A stretch of DNA of 25,643 bases from Octopus sinensis (lineage: Eukaryota), in the NCBI RefSeq assembly GCF_006345805.1, contig NW_021835674.1, positions 1 to 25,643 of the forward strand, read 5' to 3'. This document shows, in pieces, positions 20,177 through 25,643 of this stretch. The notes below the pieces were generated by a model. That model saw only the letters and a list, made by a program, of their open reading frames with translations. It searched no databases and was not told the DNA's origin. Position numbers and translations under genes: made by a program. How positions within the stretch are numbered: position 1 is the stretch's first letter; every line of letters starts with the position of its first letter.

Positions 20177-21079
20177 GCAAGCACTTCCACAGATATCGGC
20201 AAATTGAAAATGGAGAGGTTTTTCTCTCTATTTCTTCAATTATGTGAAAATTCACAGATATACATAAATTATAATGACAAATGTCAAAGAATGGAAATAG
20301 AAAATTATTTTAATACTTTATTTACAATCGTTTCGTCATTATTCTTAATACTCAATCTTGCGTCATGCTGTAACAATTCCGTCAAGACTGAAGAGAATTT
20401 CTTTAACAGAACGAAAGATAATTTGTATATTATCTGTCACTTCACCTATGGTCATCTGTCTTTTTACGAAAAACAACTTCACAGAATCAGCGGAGGGCGT
20501 AGCAAAGAAGGCGGTTTCATCGTAATATGTGGTACTTCAGTGACCACATTTCAGTTTTTGCAATCCAGTTTTAGACAATCCGCAACAACATGACAGCTGT
20601 TTCCCTTTGCAATGAAAGTGTTCATAAGACATGGTCCTAGATACACGTTGAACTCATAGGAAACGGATCACGTTTTACTGCTCATCCTTGGATTTTAACT
20701 TGTAAATGCTGTGGTCGTAGTTAACATAATAACAGTGACCAGTTATTTGAGGTCCCAAGTTCAAACCTGTACCGTGTCGATTCAAGAGAAACCTAGTCTG
20801 ATGATGTGTGCACAAATAATTTTCTCGTCACTAATGGGCAAAAATGATAAATGTGCAATAAATAATAAATGACTCACACACATGTGTGTGTATGTGTATG
20901 TGCGCGCGCGAGTATGTATATCGATATGTATGTTTATCTAGGTGTGCGTATGTATTTGTACGTGTTAGTTAGTGTGTGTATGTCTATATATGTGAATGTA
21001 TATATAATTGTGTGAGTACGTATAAATGTCTAGGTAAACTAAATGTGTATATAAATATTTGTGCAAAATATTCAACCTA

Positions 21080-21082
<3 letters not shown>

Positions 21083-21131
<49 letters not shown>

Positions 21132-21251
21132 CACACACACACATACACTTATATTCGTATTTATTGATGTATACACACATTTATACATATATGTATGCAT
21201 GTATGCATTTCTGTATGTATATCACACACACACACACATATATATATACAA

Positions 21252-21318
<67 letters not shown>

Positions 21319-21375
21319 TACACCCATACGCACACATGCATACTCACATATATGTGCGTGTATATATATATATAT

Positions 21376-21449
<74 letters not shown>

Positions 21450-21455
21450 AAGAGA
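21083..21455. repeat. Compound (CT)n/(TA)n/(CA)n/(GA)n/(GACA)n field
   Basis: Directly visible. Confidence 0.95.
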
Positions 21456-21844
21456 GTGAATAACCCGCTCACAGACATAAAATGGATTGATGGACACATT
21501 GTTTATATTCACGACTTGTGTTTTGAAACTTAACTCACCTATCTACTTCGACATATGTTTGCTCAGAATACACAACAAACATCAACTCCGTCGATAGAGG
21601 GCGCTTAAGTCTCTGATTTCTTTACGTTGACGTAATCCGAAAATCTTTACTCCTCTTTCGCGACTGGTCCCATCTCATGCATGTGTCTTAGTCTGTTTTA
21701 GCTTTCTTAATTGAATGAAGAGACGAGTGGACGGAGGGGTGGATGAATAGATGGGTGGACGGGTTGCAGTGATCGATTATTGGATCGATGAATGGTAAGA
21801 CGAGATCAATGAATCGTACAAACTTGTGACTATATGCGTGAGCT

Positions 21845-22042
21845 GATGGCGAGCTGGCAGAATCGTTAGCACGTCGCGCAAAATGTGTAGTGACATATTG
21901 TCCGTCATTGCGTTCTGAGTTCAAATTCTTTCATTCTTTCGGGAGTCGATAAAATAAGTACCAGCTGTGTACGGAGGTGGGGTAGTAGTCGACATAATCA
22001 ATTTAACTCCTTCCCTGAAATTGCTGGCCTTGTGCCGAAATT
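21845..22042 (+). mobile_element. SINE family B-related copy (older subfamily, internal deletion)
   Basis: ggcgagctggcagaatcgttagcacg...gcgttctgagttcaaatt...gtcgataaaataagtaccag matches the family B head and tail. Confidence 0.85.
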
Positions 22043-22669
22043 GTATGTATATATATACATATATACATAGACTTACAGACGCCCTTCCCATCACATACAC
22101 ACACACATATATACAGACCTATACATATACACATATACATATACACGCACACATACATACACACACGATGAGTGGGCAAACGAAAAAAGTGGCTGTCAAC
22201 ACATTCGGTAGGAGCTACATATATTATTTAACAGTTTAACTCAGCTTCATGCAACTCAGAGTTTCATATGCTCCTAGAACGAACTGAACTTGTCAGGCGT
22301 CTAGAGATCGAGTAACATGATATGAGGCAAATTCAAGATGGCTTCTAGACATTAAACCTCAGTTGGTCAACTCAGGTCACGTAGTGTTATTGGTCTGGAA
22401 TTGAGATCAGTTATTGTCTTTGTTTTAGGCCAGCGCGGCCGAACAGGATATAGATATGTAGGTCTTGCCGCTATGTCTGGAAGCTGCAATATGGTCAATG
22501 GTTTATTTAGCAACATCAGTTCGTTCCATTAGATGCTATATATGGCAGGATGTCGTCGAGGGACAACTAACACTATATTACAAGAGTATTTTCGTGGGAA
22601 CATCTCCACATTTTTTGATGCCGGATTAAAACCTACTGGTACTAGGTTGGATTGCCTGTATGGTTGAAG

Positions 22670-22825
22670 CTGTAATCTACACGACCTATCTGTATTGGCC
22701 ACCACCAATTTGACAAAAGGTGACTTTCTAAACGTATTCCTGGACCTGAAGACCGAGGGGCAAGCATTACCCTTGCACGAAGCCCAACGAGGAAACAGTG
22801 TGCATCCATAGAAACATTCTGCCTT
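22670..22825 (+). pseudogene. Penelope-like retroelement reverse transcriptase C-terminal fragment
   Basis: Translation LHDLSVLATTNLTKGDFLNVFLDLKT, then after a frameshift GKHYPCTKPNEETVCIHRN. This matches the PLE RT pattern L.IT..N...V.FLDV.LDL..G.Y.PY.KPN....YIH..SNH (family knowledge). Confidence 0.75.
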
Positions 22826-23082
22826 TTAACTGCCTTCCCACCGCTGCACTTTTCTTTCTCTCTTTCTCTCTCCCCATCACACGAAGTAACAGTGACGTGC
22901 GTCATCGTGACGAGTCAATTTAATGCTACAAGCAATCACTCAATACCTTGCCAATCTATAGATCGATAGATCGAGACTTCATTTGCCTCACACAGCTGCG
23001 ATTGTAGCCAGTATCGATTTTTTAAAATCTTTTCCCAACTAGAAACGTCTACGTTATTCGCTCACTGATTTCATTTCCACAG

Positions 23083-23118
23083 ACCGGACATCCGCTTCCA
23101 CTTCAGCAAAGAACGAAG
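23083..23118 (+). CDS. Candidate 36-nt internal micro-exon (phase 1: xRTSASTSAKNE; phase 0: TGHPLPLQQRTK)
   Basis: Good acceptor with a branch-like motif (ctcactgatttcatttccacAG) and donor aag|GTGATT (moderate). Length is divisible by 3 and it is open in all phases. Confidence 0.33.
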
Positions 23119-23404
23119 GTGATTAAGATCAATGAAAGAGCCGCTTGACCTGTTAAAAATAGCAGCCACATATAACTGAAGCTAAACATTACTCTCTTAA
23201 AACAGAAGAATATATTGGATAATGTAGTCCTATATATAATACAGACGGGATGGTCATCACTGGATCATTTCTGATCTCAGAACTTCTCAATTCAAGGTGT
23301 ACCTGATTCTAAACAACGACGATAATGACTGCAAAAATTTCAGTAGTAGTTGTAGATCTTACTACTACTACTACTACTACTACTACTGAAATTTTTTGCG
23401 AGGG

Positions 23405-23575
23405 GGCTAGTCGATTACACCGACCCCAGTGTTTTCACTGGTACTTAATTTATCGACCCTGAAAGGATGAAAGGCAAAGTCGACCTCTGTGGAATTTGAA
23501 CTCAGAACGTAGCGGCAGACAGACTACCGCTAAGTATTTCGCCTAACTTTCTAACGATTCCGCCTGCTCGGCGCC
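23405..23575 (-). mobile_element. SINE family B-related copy
   Basis: ggtacttaatttatcgaccc.gaaaggatgaaaggcaaagtcgacctc...gaatttgaactcagaacgta is the reverse complement of family B. Confidence 0.9.
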
Positions 23576-23609
23576 TTAAATAATAATAATTAATAATAAT
23601 AATATTAAT

Positions 23610-23755
23610 TTTTGTTCAAGGCAAGCAAGGAGGAAGCAGTAAGTTGATTACATCGACCCCAGAAGCGATGAAAGACAAATTTGTCCTCGGTTGTATATGA
23701 ACTCAGAACGTAAACAGCCGGAAGAAATGTCTGTAAAAATTTTGTCTGCCGAATT
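23610..23755 (-). mobile_element. SINE family B-related copy, heavily decayed
   Basis: gattacatcgacccc...gatgaaag.caaa...gaactcagaacgtaa matches the reverse complement of family B. Confidence 0.7.
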
Positions 23756-24984
23756 ATAAGACTAATATTTTCTAGCCTAGGAACTAGGGCCATTACATTT
23801 CGTTGTTGCTCCTCCGATTATATCGAATGCCATATTTGGTTGATTTTTTTTCCTCTTTTCGTTGACCCCGGAAGTACATGATATAAAAGTGACCTCATCT
23901 GTATAAAGATCCCTAATAAAGTCACACATCAATTTAAATATATAGAGAAGGAGGGACCATTCGATTATATCGATCTGCTGTTTGATTCCTTCCCAAGAGA
24001 GCGACAAAAGAATAAAGATTCCTTCGTCACCGATTCAAATACTGAATATAGAAGGAAGTAACTAAATTTGGTTGGATGCTCTACCGACTCTGCCTACTGA
24101 AGTTTTCGCACTGGAGCATTTCCTCACAAATCTTGGAAGATTTGGTCGTCCATCTACTAGAAATAGCAGCCAAACTGACATATGACACACATCCTACAAT
24201 CCTTAGGTAAGTTATGGTATACTTAATAATGAAGGCCTTGATGCAATTTGCTTAAAAATTCGAAGTGTTAGCCATGGCTGGAATGCATAGGATCATAGGA
24301 ATTTTTGGTTTCTAGTTAAAGAACTATAACAACGGCAACAACAACAACAACCACGACAATAACAAGTCACAACAACGGCAGCTGTGGTGAACGGGTGGGA
24401 AACGGGTGTTGGAGGGGTAACGAGGGCAGACGTTTTAATAAAAATAAAAAGTCCATTTGATAAATTATAAAATAAATCACAGAATTACACGGCAAAAATG
24501 TAGACTAAATATTCAATTATATTGGAAATTGCCTATACATAAAAGCGACAACATATATATGGATGTCTGTGTGCGCGTATGTTCATATATGTATATATCA
24601 TATATATATATATATTTATATGTATGTATAAACGCTATATCACAGAGAAAGCTCTCCAAACAAACTTCCAGCTAACCTCTCCGTTCAAATGTTTTATTTT
24701 GAAACCAGCAGAAACTTCACCATTAGACATAAAAATAAAAAAAAAGGTTAAAAAAAAAGCGACGATACTTTGAAAAACACAAAACACAACATGTTTACCA
24801 ATATAAATCCCATTTTATGCTAAAATGAAGTCATTACATAGATAAGAGATTAGATTGTGAAGGCTTTGAAAAAAATATAAATACGTCGGCCATGGACATT
24901 ACAAATTAATGAATTCATCTTGGCAGCAACACGGCTAAATTTTTCATAATCTCATAAAAGAAATATGAGCAATTAACCAGTCTG

Positions 24985-25485
24985 TATACATATGCACATA
25001 CACACATACATGCATGCATACATATATACATGCATACATGCATACATACATACATACATACATACATACATACATACATACATACATACATACATACATA
25101 CATTCATACACACATACATACATGCGTACATACATATCTATCTGTAATGTACTTGTATATATATATATATTTTACACATATATATGTGTATATATATATA
25201 TGTATGTATATATATGTATATATACTATATGTATATATATCTATATGTGTATATATATATATACATATATAATATATATAATATATATAATATATATCTA
25301 TATTATTATATATGGTATCTATATATATAGGTTATATATACATTAGCATATGCACCTACCGCCATACGAACAGACATGTGTATACGTACACACACACACA
25401 CACACACACTCAGACACACACACACACATATATATATATACAAGTGCATACAGATAGATATGTATGTACGCATGTATATATATAT
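24985..25485. repeat. (CATA)n/(TA)n/(CA)n microsatellite field
   Basis: Directly visible. Confidence 0.95.
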
Positions 25486-25643
25486 ACACAACTCGAAAAT
25501 ATAAAGATATGTCTTATGTTTTCGAGCTAGTTTCACAATATTGACTACTGACATAGGCTTTAGTTGGACACACGAATGCGCATGCGTCGACGCGCACACC
25601 GCGCGCATATACCTTATATACACCTACATCCCATACATGAATG

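Noticed and set aside
20388-20440. Second hammerhead-like string (CTGAAGA...GAAA plus a gataat/attatc stem)
   Set aside because: The cleavage triplet would be CUG (G is not allowed at position 17), stem II is bulged and stem I has only 2 bp; likely chance.
20204-20593. 129-aa non-repetitive ORF
   Set aside because: AT-rich, non-ATG start, no recognisable motif and no convincing splice sites.
21533-21600. Minus-strand consensus donor AG|GTGAGT (also at 5693-5698 on -, and 24207 on +)
   Set aside because: No pyrimidine-rich acceptor at a suitable distance with an open frame; isolated donors are expected by chance.

Overview
AT-rich, microsatellite-saturated eukaryotic DNA. It is most likely octopus (coleoid cephalopod), probably intronic or intergenic; this is inferred from recurring tRNA-derived SINE families I recognise from memory and is not database-verified. 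There is no intact long CDS and no rRNA, tRNA gene or CRISPR array. Nearly all ORFs in the supplied track are artefacts of (CATA)n/(TATG)n/(TA)n/(TG)n and trinucleotide repeats. Supported content: about 13 SINE copies in 3 families; several MITE-like DNA elements (two Tc1/mariner-pogo types, one hAT-like); an internally deleted mariner; Penelope-like retroelement pieces (GIY-YIG endonuclease, RT C-terminus, terminal-repeat fragments, one carrying a minimal hammerhead ribozyme core); a probable LINE ORF1 5' fragment; a decayed 3x C2H2 zinc-finger LINE tail; and a possible restriction-like endonuclease remnant. Most interesting: the hammerhead motif, several long fold-back inverted repeats (146-bp and 84-bp arms), two frame-preserving + strand micro-exon candidates (42 and 36 nt, about 20 kb apart) and an excess of CCGGAAGT ETS motifs in the unique islands.
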